From contig NW_027266271.1 in assembly GCF_022045235.1 (NCBI RefSeq), positions 26,970,001 to 27,034,000 on the forward strand: DNA of 64,000 nt, read 5' to 3'. Positions 34,260-48,898 of this stretch are shown piece after piece; the first letter of the stretch is position 1, and every line of letters begins with the position of its first letter. The notes beneath the pieces are model-generated. The model was not told the DNA's origin. It was given only the letters and a program-made list of their open reading frames with translations, and searched no databases. Both the position numbers and the translations under genes were made by a program. This DNA comes from Haliotis cracherodii (lineage: Eukaryota).

Positions 34260-35430
34260 CACTCTTCAAAAAAAGAAACGCACAGGTAGTATGTAGTTCA
34301 TTGAACCTGACTGCACAAAACATCCGGTATATAAATTAGATGTATGTTATTGGAAGCTTTGGTGGCCTGATATTCGACAAACGGTCCTTTCAAACGCAGC
34401 CATTGTCAATGTCTTAAACAGTACTGTTTTCACACTTGTTAAAAAATGTCATTGCGGAAAACAGTAAAGCAAAATACACGTGCAACTTATGGCATTCGTA
34501 ACTCGTGGTAGTGGCTTTAAAAAGGCAAGCATAAGCCAATAATTTGTCATTCAATTGTCAACATTTTTTCGAGTTGGAAAATGCTGAGACTCGGCGTTGC
34601 CGATCGGAACATCGCCGCAGGACATATCCGAAGAGGAGAATCGCAGTCTTCTGTTGCACGCCACTTCAACGTCCACCACAGCACAATTTGCCGCCTTTGG
34701 GGCCGATACACACAGTTCAATTCCACTGCAGACCAATCCAGAAGACCAGTTATCGTCCCTGTTTTGCAACAGATCCATCGACAGCGACGCATGCGTTGGT
34801 GCCATACCTTAAAGCCTTGGAATTTGAGAAACTGGAGATGAGTGTGGTTTAGCGATGAATCACGATTTTCTCTTCACCGGCGAGATGGAAGACAACGCGT
34901 TTATCGTCGTCGAAATGAACGTTTTTGGCCAAAATTGTGTACGTGAATTCGACAATTTCGGTGGCGGTAGTGTCATATCCTACACCACGAGATCTGACTT
35001 GGTTGTGGTTCAGGGACATTTGACAGCAAATCGCTACATGAATAAAATTCACCTTCTTCCAATCATTGATCGCCAGAGGGAGCTGTTTCAACAGGACAAC
35101 GCTCCAACAAACACATCTGGTGTCACGGTAGACTACCTTCATAATGCGTTAGAAGCAGAATGGCGCAGAATTCGTACACTTATCCAGTCAGTGCCGAGGA
35201 GATGCAGAGCCGTGATTGCTGCCCGGGGTGGTCACATGAGATACTGAGTTCAGCGCAACCTTCTGTGACATGACAATGAACAGTTTTCAATGCCTGTGTC
35301 CAACGACAACATGTGACTATCGAGCTCCAAAATTTCATATTTTTTTCTATGATATCAAATTACATATATCGACTTTATTAGGTACACAAATTTTCTTCCT
35401 CTACCTGCGCGTTTCTTTTTTTTAAGGGGG
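34260..35430 (+). mobile_element. Tc1/mariner transposon, internally deleted
   Basis: TA target dinucleotides and ~30-bp TIR CACTCTTCAAAAAAAGAAACGCACAGGTAG. Transposase pieces: VARHFNVHHSTICRL (HTH), WFSDESRF, QQDNAP, SVPRRCRAVIAARGG. Confidence 0.9.
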
Positions 35431-36051
35431 TATGTTAATTATTAAAAAACTTTGTCACTGACGGTCATGATGTTCACACTACTAGCGGAGGGATAAGTTG
35501 GTATGCGGTCTACGGTGAATCCTACAGTAACACTACTCAATTGCTACTTCATTTTGTGACGATTACCAAATAAGCCTCAAGTCCAATGCTTCCTTTGTAG
35601 CCTTTGTTATGAGCTGATGATGACTGAACCTCACACATCAAACTACACAATGGTATTAAGAGGGTTGCTGGTATGTTATTACATTATATGTGTAACTCGG
35701 GCCATCGCGGGTTTTTAAGGATATAGTCCATCTGACGCTAGTATGAAGTAACTGTTATTACAGACTAACATCTTAATAAAAAAAAGTGTTGTATATCAAA
35801 CAACATTTTAAGCAATTCCCATTTTACGGTAATCCACCAATTGCTTACGTACGGAAAACGAAAGCGAGTGGCCACTGATTTCACTGTATAAACATACATA
35901 AACTGGCCTTCCTTAGGGATTCCTTACATATGTTTGTGTTTCTCGTCGCCAAGGGTTGCCGGGGAGGGGGATGAGTGGCGGATGAGCAAAAAATAAAAAA
36001 ACCCAAGTAAAATAGGAGGTTCCCTATGGCCGAAGGTGGTCAAAGCTAACA

Positions 36052-36973
36052 GTGAGTGAGTGAGTGAGTTAAATTTTAAGTCACATGGGCAATATTTCAG
36101 CCATATCGTGACTAGCAATAGTTAAACACAATATATATATATTGAAAACTTGCATAAAAACCTGTCAACGAAGGACAGTAAAATTACTAGATTCATCACA
36201 GAAAAAGATATAAAACTGGTACGGAATTATAAAAGAGAAGAGCACTATACATAACGATACAAGATAAAAAGAGGCTATAGATCGCCAGGAGCTTATAGGT
36301 AGACCACCATGCTATGGTCCATGGGGACTTACAGTACTTTTGCTACCTGCATGGACCTCAGCCGGATTTACATCACTCTTCAGCTGTTGTCGATTATTGA
36401 TAAAGTTAGCATACATTAAAATAACACAGATGCTACGATTAAAAGTGTGGTACAAAGAAATATACTATGAAAGACGTGGTCTTACATATCCTCTCAGGGG
36501 GACAATAATTTTACACTACTTCAACCCCCTTTGAGGATACAGCCACTAACAATCTCAGTTATTAATTTTATTCAACCAATTTTAAAACAGACAAATTATA
36601 TACAGTAGATATTATTCAAAATGTATGTAACAATTCAATTTCCTTTAAAAAAACGATGATTAAATGATAACTAAGATTAAAAAGATCCTTGAAGAATGAA
36701 ACTTTGAAATAGTTATCCCTTGTGATGGCAAAATCAATGCAGTCAAGCAGGACATGCTTGACCTTGATTCTCTCATCACGAGGGATACAAAATGGAGGAT
36801 CCTCACCCTTTAACAAATACTCATGTGTATACCTGCTATGGCCAATACGACATCGTCGTATTATGACCTCTTCAAATCTGGACTGACAACCCAAGTAGGT
36901 GTAACCGATACTTGGTTTAATTTGATGTAATCTATTGATACCTACTTGGGTGTCCCACTTCTTTTGCATCAGA
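36052..36973 (-). mobile_element. 3' fragment of the same I/Nimb-like LINE family as 24199-25114
   Basis: LMQKKWDTQVGINRL...RCRIGHSRYTH...KHVLLDC, (ACTC)n tail, 15-bp TSD TGGTCAAAGCTAACA. Confidence 0.9.
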
Positions 36974-38570
36974 TGGTCAAAGCTAACAATGTGAAACCAA
37001 AGGGTTTTGACGATGTGTGCCAAATATCAAATTAAACATATGTCTGGTCTACTATTGAGCGCAAGTTGAAACCGAAAATACTCAACGTAAAAACATTTCG
37101 GAAAAGGATCTAAGAGGAAAGCACATGCAGATATAAAACAACAAGCACATGAAGTCATATTGTAATTAAAAACATTCTTTCCCTTGACCTATTTCAAGTC
37201 ATAAAAACTGCACACAAAAAAGTTCGAATCAGTTCAGAAATCATCCTAATTTTAAAATAAATATGTATCGTCTGACATGAAGTCTCGGGCGAACTGAAAC
37301 GGGATACTTTTGTCTTGAAAATCTTTTTACACGGGTTTACATCTTGATAGATCATTCAATATGTTTATATTTATTAGATTAGAATGGCAGATGAGCACGA
37401 TCTCCCTAATTCAATAAAGTTTAAATTTTATAACAAAGAAATGCAAAATATCCCTTCCAAAGGGGAACCGATTTCATATTTGAAAAGCATTCATACAATA
37501 AATTCCTACCATATTTTCATGGAAATTTATATTAATCGTTTCCCAGAATTTCACAGATGAGCGAAAATAGGACAACTCAGCTGTTTATTATTACAAGCAC
37601 TGATTCAACTTAGGTTTCTGCAAAGAAATATTTAAATCAGAATGTCTTGTATCTTCTTGTAATGAGACAGTAGATCGAAGTACGCACTTGTCTATAGTTT
37701 AACAGTGAGAAAGTTTTGACTACCCTGACGGTTTCGATTATATATATTTGTATGAAGTACGGAATAACAAAATATACGTACAAATAGACGAAATAATAGT
37801 AAATGTTATCAAATTGGCTCACTGCAAGAAAACTATCCGTACAGGATGATGAAGGGAAGCTTGGACAGGATGTGATGGTTCAGAGGCAAGCTGTTTGAGG
37901 TACAAAGTTACTTTAACTCTCTTATCGCTCAGTGAATCACCAAAGATAGTAGGCCGGAGGGTTTCAAAATTGGTAGTAAGTTATGTCTACTTTAACGGAC
38001 AAGGTAGCACCACCCTCAAACTTCACAAATATGACAGAGGCCCGCCTGTGTGATTGCCAGACCCAGGTGCTTTCTCAAACATCAACACCACTCCCTGCTT
38101 TATATATGAACTAGAGTGGAAGCGAATTCTATTTGACAAAACACGGAAAAAAATGCAGCAAAGAGTTGCTTCCATTTCAAGTTTCAACTGAGCAGTTTAA
38201 GAACGCATACTGCCCCTCATATATACGAAGGTGGGTTTCAAAACACGCTTTAATTATAAACTTGATATTTGTTTTCAAGAATCGAGATAGAAATGCTGAA
38301 ATTTAGGAATATATAATATTTGTATTCTTTCTGCGGGAGGGAATTTTGCATGCGGTGGGACATGAGAAACACGACAATGACGCCTTTTAAAGAAATAGCA
38401 CATTTATATGTATCAGACATTAGTTTTTTTTAAATTAAAGTTTAATCCACACGCGGTAATATATTTTTAAACGTTAAATGCTATTAATGATTGTTTTCTT
38501 TCCCAAATGATTTGTCCATACACCTCAACAGTGAAAGTATTAATTTGAACACAAAAAAGCCACAAATTAC

Positions 38571-38763
38571 CTGTCGCCATGGAAAATCACTATTATAATT
38601 ATAGTTGAAACGAATTTCTTGACCAGTTGTGATGAATCTGTGAGCGAAAAAGGCAATGTGAGGTCGCCCGTCCGCAAAAAGTAATCTTGCCATAGCATTT
38701 GGGTTACGCCACTCATCATTCATGAGACGACCATAGGATCCATCTTCTTGGGAAGCATCGATC
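38571..38763 (-). CDS. SET-domain (PR-Set7/KMT5A-like) exon, C-terminal half
   Basis: IDASQEDGSYGRLMNDEWRNPN...DGRPHIAFFA...GQEIRFNY...FPWRQ. Acceptor AAAAG|G, donor CAG|GTAATT. Confidence 0.8.
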
Positions 38764-39078
38764 CTTTTAATATGAAAATACATAAAATTTTACAGCTTGA
38801 AAAATGATACTAGGAAGCATTGATCCGTCCAATAAGAAAACACGCAAACAGTAACAGATTGTGGCAGCATCAATTTGAATATGAAAATACACAAAATATC
38901 TTAGGCCGGACAATACACTTATACATCTGAGACGTTCTAGGATTAGGCTTACTTTTCATTATATAATGTAGAGCTGGTGCAATATACTGCCTTGCTTTGA
39001 TACAATCCATCTAGGGGCATTTTTAACTGAGATTTGTATTACTAGTTTTCAGAGGGGAAAGACAACTCAAACGCTTAC

Positions 39079-39211
39079 CAAAAGCTGCGACCGTCGCAAA
39101 GCAGTTCAAAGGTGTACTCGTCTATTATTGGCTTCTTTACACAATATTTACCATGGTAGTAGGTAATGAAATCGCTTGGGGCAAAATCCTTGCCAGCAAC
39201 TATCCCCCTTC
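39079..39211 (-). CDS. SET-domain exon, N-terminal half (too short for the ORF track)
   Basis: (G)KGIVAGKDFAPSDFITYYHG...YTFELLCDGRSF(W). Acceptor CTCAG|GA, donor TG|GTAAG; phase 2 joins in frame to 38763 giving W-IDA. Confidence 0.8.
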
Positions 39212-39269
39212 CTGAGAACAAACAATCAACTGTGTAGTGTAACATTAAACGTTACCTCATCAATTGATA

Positions 39270-39548
39270 GGGGTCACGGGTGGCCCACTCGTCTAAGGCG
39301 CCGCGATTCGCTGTGCAGAGTTGCGTCTCTTGAGCATGCTAGAAACCTATGATTGTGGGTTCGAATCCCGGTTCGCCCCGATTATGTTTCTAGCTTTGTC
39401 AACACCATACCCGTGCTCGTGGGTTTCACCGAACTGGTAAACGTCTGAGACCTACATCACTTCGGGCTTTCCTCCCACATTAAGCTGACACGCCGTAGTA
39501 TAACTGGAATACTGTTAAAAGCGGCGTTAAACCCAACTCACTCACTCA
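39270..39548 (+). mobile_element. SINE family B
   Basis: Full length; TSD CTCATCA(A/G)TTGATA. Confidence 0.9.
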
Positions 39549-42500
39549 CTCATCAGTTGATATACGATGGAGGCTTGTTTATCATGTCTAATGACGTAAC
39601 ATGACTATCTTCGTATGCCTTGTGTCATAACGTTTTCAAATCCGTGGACACGGGACAATAAGTCTTTTAGAGTCATGATTGCAAAGAGTTGAAAATAGTA
39701 CTTGAATAAAATTAATAAAGTAAATAGTCTCAACAACGCTACAAGTTCAGTGGGGCAAAATCGTATTCGTCTCCGAAAAACACTCAATGCAAAGTTTCGT
39801 GTTTGTCTTTTGGAAGACAGTAGGAAGATGCATGTTTTGATATACTTATATATGTTCAACAATAGTACAAGTACCCCAATAAATAAGATTTCTAGCAAAA
39901 CTTACACCATAATGTTACTGGAAAATACGTGGTAGCATTTTGGAACAAGCATAAATACAATTATGGTGGCACATCTATAATTACAGTTGTTACGACACAG
40001 GTACAGGCTGAACATAGCTTATCACTTCATTGCTTGGTGAATTAAACATTCCCCTAAACTTGTGACGCTACCTCTTATGCTATTATGTAATACTGTAGTT
40101 GTATACTGGTGAACCCTGCACCGAATAAAGTATTCATTTATTCAGTAGGCACAACATAGGTATAGTTTCAGTTGTCACAGAAAAAGACATAGTGACAGTT
40201 TTTTTACGACAAACGCTGTGAAGCGTACACCACAAAACCAAGCTACTGCAATGAAATACACTACCTATCGGCTGTCCAAGCAGTGTAATGCGAAGGTATG
40301 AAGGTGACATGTCGGATCGTCGGATAGCTGCCCTTGCTTCCTTGATCTGCTGTCTTGTATGCTGGGAGGAGGAAGGACAAGGATAATACTTGTGATACTT
40401 CAGGTCAAGCTCAAGTTCAGATTCAAGTAAACAGTTTTACAGGACGAAACATGAGCACAAAACACAATAGTTGTAGGATTATATGAACTTGGGTAATATT
40501 GCAACTAGTTAAAATGACAATCAGAAGATTCTGCAATGTTCCCCTTGAAGGGTGCTCATGGGCTCTGGTATGGATATTTATGAACGGAACGATGTTTAGC
40601 ATCTTTATATCGTCCCAAGGCGAGCTATGCGAAGGTATAAAGGCGACATGTCTGATCGTAAATCAGCTGTCTGGTATGCGGGGAGGAGAAACAGGTAACG
40701 ATAAAATGTGTATTACTTCAGTTCAGATTCAAGTTATCAGTTTCGATGTGGATATAGTTTTACAGAAAGAAATATCTGTACATATCATGGTAGTTGTAGG
40801 ATCTTTGAAATGAAATACAGTAATGTTGAATATGAAATATAAGATACTTAGGCGAATAGTCGCAAAAAAACCAACGAAAATCGATGAGTGGTTCATTTCA
40901 TGATAAAATATTGTTCTTTCATGACGTCATTTCTGGAGATTTGAACACGCTCGCAACTTGATGACGTCTAAATTGGACGACGTTATAGTTTTAGAGGGAA
41001 GTGCCTAGTGAGTTGTTCCCCATAGATGTAGCTGGGCTAAGCAGATATACGCTATGGTCGAAACGATCGCATCCAAAAGTGAGCGAGATACGACAATCGC
41101 TATTGGGAGAAAAGGTGCAGATAATGACGTGAAAATTGTGAGAGTACAAAAACCCCTGTACATAAAATCGACATGTCCGCATTGCCGAGGTCGGATTGTA
41201 ATCAGAGAGTCACGTAAGAAAAAAACGACTCGTGGACGTTGTTCATCGGACACCAAAACACAGTGTTTTACTGTACGATAAACAACTCCCACTCGTCGTT
41301 TATTCTGTAATTAAAATGACACTCGGCAGATTCTGCCATGTTCCCCTTGAAATTCGCTCATTGTCTCTCATATTAATATCATTAATGAGCACGGTTTCAA
41401 CCTCTATATATAAGTAGTCCCTCGGATGTGAAAGGAATATAGATTAAACCCTCAATTAATTCTGAAAATTCTCTCAACAAGGTACTTCTTTAAACAAAGT
41501 AAATACTATTTACTGTGCAGGGGGATTTCACTCATCCACATCTCATGCTCACATCAATGAAGTCAATGCAAACATAAAAATACAGATAACAAACATACCT
41601 CAGCCACCGTCAGTGCCACACATTCATCCTTATTCCAAATTGTGAAGATAACCGTCACCAAAATATACAGCCTATACATTTCCAATCGTGACCTCAAAGA
41701 TGCTGCAGGCGAAATACTAGTAGAGTAGGACAAATATTGATGCAATGCATATCTAACATATTGACCAACAATGCCATAGTATTCGCCTTTGTTATATGCT
41801 TGCGCACAGCCGGTAACTAATCATGAAACACACCAAGTGGCCCTTTTGCAACAGCTCAGTGAACTCACGCTATAATGATACGATACGAATTGTTCTCCTG
41901 TAAGTTGAAGTTTGTTTGGGATTCTGCTGCGTCACAGGAATGCTGAATGTTTGCGTGAGATTGTGCACTGCTATCTTCCGTCAGTCAATAACACAAGATT
42001 GTCACCCTTTTTGAAAAAAGAAAACCATAAGTAGGTGGGAAGAGTAGGGCAGAATCCACGGGCAGTCCATCACCATAGTCACATGTAGCGTATACCAGGG
42101 CTAAGTGGGCCAGTTGGGCGCAATCAGGACCGCTTCTCACTTTGGCTCATGCACAACAGTACCTGTTTGTCGAGCCCTGACCTTATTTTGTATCCACAAG
42201 ATCATTCCTCACTGCAGAGGTGACACATGTTTTGGCTCATAAGTTGCCTTTTGCTAATTTCAAGGCCGAGATTTAAGCATTGATAAATTTCTGTAGAATA
42301 ATGGTCCAAATGTCTCCCTTTGAAAACTGCTAACGAGCATGCCAACAACATGTACGACTTCCTGAACGGTGGCTTTGGTTTTAGTCTGCAGCTCTGAGCA
42401 GGCATTATGAACAGCTAATGCCCTCCTCTCTCAGTACGTAGAACTGTCATGTCAGTGAATTCAGACTCAATCCCAGATATTCAAAATCTTGAGATGGAAT

Positions 42501-45500
42501 ACATTTGACTATCAGAGTGGATAATGAACCCAAGCTCTTGCAACTGTGAAGTTGTCACAGATACATTGCCGGAGCATTCCTTAGTAAAGCAGTAGGGAAC
42601 TACTGTGCAACCTCTATTGTACTGCTGAAGCTTGTAAATCCATACTGTGTCCATACTGGATGTTTTAATTCTTACTGGATGTTAAACTCTTAAATATTTA
42701 AAATGAGCCTGTAAGAGTTATCCCTCTGTTTCCTTACAAATAGTGGGGATACACATTCTCCCTCACACAGAACAGCCTCGACTGTTTCCTCTTTGTCAAG
42801 ATGTTTCAGTGTCTATGGCCCCTTCCTCACTTGCAAGGGTGCGGTGGGGTAGCCTTGAGGTTAAAGTGTTCGCTCGTCATGCCGAAGGCCCTGGTTCGAT
42901 TCCCATTGATACAATGTGCGAAGCCCATTTCTGGTGTCCCCCCGCCGTGATATTGCTGGAATATTGCTGAAAACCATACTCACTCACTCACTCACTCACT
43001 CACTCACTCACTCCTCGCCCGCAGAAACATTAATGTCTCTAGGTACAGATCAAACCAAATCAGACTCTTGCCTTAAGCCTATATGACAACCAGATGCTGT
43101 ATCTAATTCTGTGGCAATCCGATGTGATAGCCTGCCAGCTATAAGTGACATCTCTAGTTCTGCCTGCATATAAATCCGAATGAGGGAGATCGTTTGAAAC
43201 CCTAAAACCACCAGTAATAGAAAACTAAGTCTGCTAACGAATTCCCAAAAAGCTTTCCTAGCTTTCTAGCCCTGTTGCTCGAAGTCGTAGCTTTCCCCGA
43301 TTCCGCCATATTTGAATTGCGTGGGCCATGTCCACTTAGTCCTAGAATCGCGTGCGGAACCTCTTTGTTTCTCATTCCTGCCATCCTTACGGCTGTCACC
43401 GGCCGACGTGTCCCTAATGTTATAAGCATGCAGTAAGTGATCACAACAATCCGTAGGAAAACAAAGATAACGGCTATCAATATCCCGCATTAAGCCAGTG
43501 TCACTGTGAATAAAGCCAGTGCTCACCACCTTGTGCTCTAATAAAGTTAACTTCTGTCAGTGTGGAAGTTCAACTGACTGACCATTGCGCACTGACGGAA
43601 GATAGCACTTCTCTAAAAAAAACAGAAGCATTGTGACGTAGCAGAGTTGGCGAAGTTCCGCACAAAAGTGTCGAAGGTGTGACGCCAAATTCTTCTTTAG
43701 GAAGTGTTTCAAATTTATTGGATATCTCAAGTTGTGTCACCCATTCTAAACGGAAACAAAGATACCGTTTAACATATAGGCAAATATTAGTTTTAAATCT
43801 GGCTGTTGATTAGGTATTAATAGGGATGTATATTACAAGGCTATCATATCTGATCTCAAAAGTTAGGTATTGTCTATGGTTATACATTGTAATTATGTTT
43901 GAGTATTCTAAAAAAAGAAGCTTATATGATGGGGTGATTTTCGGATGAAAAATAATATAATTGTATTTCCTTGATAAAAGTTTGATTAGATTTATATTTG
44001 TACTAATTCCCTTATGTTGAAATATTCTGAATCTCTGGTGGTGTGTAGGGTTGATTTGCATCGGCCATCCAGGAACATAGAGTTGAGGCCTGCCTCGCCT
44101 ATTGTTTCGAAACGGCCCAAGATGGCGTCACGTCCGTTTCCTCAAGAAGTAGTTTGTTTTGCATATTCTTGAGGCTGAGGGGGAGGACTCATATATTTTG
44201 GAGAAGATTATTGATTCGCGAGATAATATAATAAAATTTAAACGTAGATCTACGTTGTAGGCTATTTGATCAGCTGGTTAAAGACAGGCCTCAATATATA
44301 AACAAAACTCAGGTTATCATGGTAATCAGAGGTTTTCTTTTTGTCCAACCTGCAAGGCGTTTATATTTTAATTTGCTGTAGTCGCCCTATCCAAGTTTAA
44401 TTTCTCAACATCAATTATTGTTGTTTCTTCCTTTATTGGCATTGTTGGAGGAGGGAGGAGTTGTTTTTTTGTGGTTGGTAGGCAAAGCAATGATGAAAGC
44501 GTTCTTTTGGGAGAGTGGGGTGGCCCTGGAAAGGGCCGTTGGAAACAAACTGGACAAGGCTTGTCTCTGTTTTACATTACTTTCCTTGATCTCGATACTA
44601 GATAATAATACGGTCCACTCCAACAGTCGGGTACGTCAGTTCCGGTGTATCGAGACGACATGGTTGATCTCTCATTAAGTGCTAGGACTGTGACGGTGTG
44701 CTCTGCTTCGCTCTTTTTTTTTTTATAGAATCGGCACTGAAACCCTGCTACCTGATTGGTCGAAAACGTAGCGCGCTGATTGGTCCGTTCCGGCGCCTGA
44801 TCTGAGCCTCGGTTTTTCCAACCGGACAGACCCTTGTGATGGGTCAGTCTTACGGGGATGTACAGTCAGTCTTAGAGGGGTGTACTGTGACTCTAAAGGA
44901 GTGTACAGTCAGTCTTAATGGGTGTACAGTCAGTCTTTAGAGGTGTACAGTCAGCCTTACATGGGTGTACAGTCAGCCTTACAGGGATGTACAGTCAGTC
45001 TTATAGGGGTGTACAGTCACTCTAAAGGGGTGTACAGACAGTCTTAAGGGTGTACAGTCAGTCTTACAAGATGTACAGTCAGTCTTATAGGGGTATTCAG
45101 GAATCCATCACGTCAGCCATGTTGATGGTCAAACCGCGTCTTTCTGTCTGTGGCCGTTGCCTTGTTCATTCCATCTTCCACAAGTTCAATCGGGTATCCA
45201 CGGGATTGTAGATATGATTTCAGTTCTGCAAGTCGTATGTTCCTTGTAGACATATTTGACAAAATCATGCGGATGGAATGCTTCTTTTTGTATGACTCGG
45301 GTGACGAGATGAAAGATGTAGATACTGTTTAGTATATGTAGGCTTAAAAGTATAGATCTGTCTCTAGATCACGTCCACATAGTTTAATATGTTATAAAGC
45401 TTGCATCTGGTTCCAGTGGCTATACTAGTGTTTGGCTTGCTTGGGAAAAGGTGACGTTGTCGGATAGGTGGTGTTTGTCGAAGGATGTTGGTCAAGAGTT

Positions 45501-46705
45501 GGCAGCTAATTTTGTTGGAAGATTTCAAGCAGTTTGTGCGTTCTGAGATTAAGACTTATTTGGATGAACAGAAGGTGGGTCAGTAACAAATATCTGCAAC
45601 CTTGACAGATAATTCCTCGGTTACTCACAGGAGTAACTTTAGGAAGGATCAGCTAGGGTAATTGTACAGTTAAGACTTATTTGGGTAATTCAGGTCAGAA
45701 TAGGTCAGCTACTTCTGTTCAGGCGTGTTCGATTACTATCAATTCAGGTAGTTCGTTCCCTAGGAAGTCAGATACCTTAGTTGGTTTGAAACAGGATTCA
45801 GGTTTGTCGTCAGGTGTTGTATGTAAATATTGACACAAGGCAGGTCATCTGTTTTCAACGTGTCATATACTCAAAGCCAAATGATGATCACAAACCACTC
45901 CCCATGCTTTTGTCCCAGTGTAATCTTATGTCATCAACATTAAGGATGAGTATGCGAGTGTCTCCTGCTGTTAGGGAGTAATTAACCTTTATTTCAAAAG
46001 GTCTGGCATTACTTCAACTGGATAAATCCACATTATGGCCAATTACTTTTCTGAGGGACACAGGGGCACTCTATTCGTGACTTTGGAGGGCGTCCTCTAG
46101 TTTGGGTAGTGGTTTCAATAGAGGGGATTGGAGGAGTAACTGGTGTGTTAGATGTTTGTGTCAATTACTACTTACGGGATGAAATAAAAGCTTAGAAGCA
46201 AGGTTTTACCACCGTAGTTTATCAGTACTGTGAATGAGTTTTCCATTCAGAAAACAACGCGATCTTAGCACTAAGATGATTGTAACGCCCATACCTTGAC
46301 ATAGACTTACCACAGTCGTAGCGCTAAGGTTGTTTTGAACAACGGCACCCAGGTCTCTTATTACCGCTGTGCCTCATGTTCTGTTGGAAGCTTGTTCAAA
46401 GGATAAGGGTCATTGCGCTTATTATAGGGAATACGTTACTTTAGTCAACATTATTAAGACCCGAGACTGTCCTCCTTCAGTTTTGTCCTCTATACCATGT
46501 GACATTTACCTCACAGTTAACGAGAAACGTTTCCTAAAAACATGAAACGCGGTGTGATTCACAGAATGCAATTACCTTCAGCTTGAAATGTTTGGAAATG
46601 CAGACACCGCCGCCAACGCTCCATAGTTCTTTTTCGTCTGCGTTTTCCTAAGTATCGTCTGCTTCATTTGAGACGAAGACGCGGAGGGTAGCGGATGATG
46701 CGATC

Positions 46706-46958
46706 ATGTCTCAAACTGTAACAGTTTCAATTTTACTATTAACCTGTTTGGGCTTTGTTTTGCAAGCACTGGCAGTGGACAGTGACAAATGTGTGCAAAG
46801 CTTTCTCAACGACGCCGGCGACCTTAACCCTGAGCGTTTCCAAGGTTACTGGTACGCCAGGTACTCTTACCTCCCGTACCGTCCAGGGTTCAGAGCCATT
46901 GATACTCAGTCCATCTATGTGTACATGCCAGGATCCAGGCGGTGGAACATAGCAGCGG
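46706..46958 (+). CDS. Secreted lipocalin (ApoD-like), copy 3, exon 1
   Basis: Signal peptide, FQGYWY, donor G|GTGAGT. Confidence 0.92.
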
Positions 46959-48564
46959 GTGAGTAGGCTTGACGCAGTAGTATTCAAAACTGGATACTTA
47001 CGCTGACAGATCCATCACACGACATCTGTGGAAGTGACACTGTTTTCCTGAGAAGTAGCATGGGGTTTAATGTTCAAATCCAACAAAAAAGTTTCTGTTT
47101 TAAACTTATTTCTCTTATAAAAAATTTTCATTAGTTTTCAGTTTAAACATTTTGTTATTTTCTCACGAGTTGATTTCAAGATGATCATCAAGGTAATCAT
47201 CTAAACTGATAAATAGTAGTTGTTAATAATTATGAAGAATAATCTGGTATAACAAATACATTATCATCCTCTTGTCTTGATGACATATCAAATATCAAAA
47301 GACACGTGTGGGATCGACTGTATACCAACCCTCTCGGCAACACGTTTTGCAGATAATCAATAAGGATTTGGGTTAAATGACGCTTTTGGCAGTATTTCAG
47401 TCATATGAAGGGATGCACGCTTATTGTTTGGGGAAAAGACCAAAGTGGCGCAGATGGCGAAGGTCGACCTCTTTGCTTAACTCAACGAACACGAGTGTTG
47501 TACGCTGACGTGTATGCAGCTATAGATATATACACTTGAGTTTTAAATGAGCTTGGATGTTATCAAATAAGAAAAGTATGTTCTTTTACAAATATTGCTT
47601 TTGTACAAGATCAAAACATGATGCATGATCCCTGTTCTATTCTGTATATACATACTAAAGATGAAAGGTAAATAACAAAGGTGAATAAGACCATTTCCGT
47701 TGGTACACGTCGTCGTTTGAACCTCATGGTGGTGATCACAATGCCAACTGCACCTTGGCTGCATTGAACGGTGACGTGTGATGAAGTGAAGTGGGGCTTA
47801 ACGTCGCACTCATATCGAGACGAGGGTACACGGGTGTGTTGCTGCTTGTAGTAGTGCTGTTTCTGTAGTGTTAACCCACCATGCCCAGCTTAACATTAAT
47901 ACCCAACCCAGACACATTATACTGACTCCGAGCTGACCACTCCTTTCTATCCCTTTAATATCAAGTACCTTCTGTTAATGTCGTTTAGTATCAGGCGGCC
48001 AGGGGGTCGAACCACCGATCTTCCGGGCTTAAATGATTTGTGTTTGTTTGTTTGTTTGTTGTTTAACACCACACTCTACATGACAACGGTCTGAAAATAA
48101 TCGAGTCTAAACCAGACAATCCAGTGATTGACCTCGATTCACGCAATTGGGATACGATGACATGCATCAACCAAGTCAGTGATCCTGACCACCCGATCCC
48201 GTTAGTCGCCTCTCACGACAAGCATATTCGCCTTTTACGTATAGAAACAAATACGATTTGTAACTGGTAGGATTAGAAAAATGTTCACCTTTGAAAAAAT
48301 GGATGATTTAGAGACGATAGTAGAGACGATAGTGTAACATGTACCGTTCCGGATCGGGTGGTCGGGCTTGGTTGATGCATGTCATCTCAACTTAATTGCG
48401 TAAATCATTACTCATGATGTCAATCACTGGATTGCCTGGTCCAACGTCATATATTTTCAGGCTGTAATATAGCTGGGATATGGCTCTGTGCAGAGTCAAA
48501 CATCAAACAAACAATTAGTATGCCTTTAATAGTTAATACTCAACAAGGAAAACATTATTATATG

Positions 48565-48898
48565 TATTCATCATGGACATATGGGATATCGTATGCTTTA
48601 AAATAGCAATACATTCATCATGGACATATGGGATATCGTATGCTTTAAAAAAGCAATACATTCATCATGGACATATGGGATATCGTATGCTTTAAAATAG
48701 CAATACATTTCATCATGGACATATGGGATATCGTATACTTTAAAACAGCAACACATTCATCATGGAAATATGGGATATCGTATGCTTTAAAATAGCAATA
48801 CATTTCATCATGGACATATGGGATACCGTATGCTTTAAAATAGCAATACATTCATCATGGACATATGGGATATCGTACGCTTTAAAATAGCAATACAT
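48565..48898. repeat. 47-bp intronic minisatellite, ~7 units
   Basis: Same unit as 7935-8562. Confidence 0.95.
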
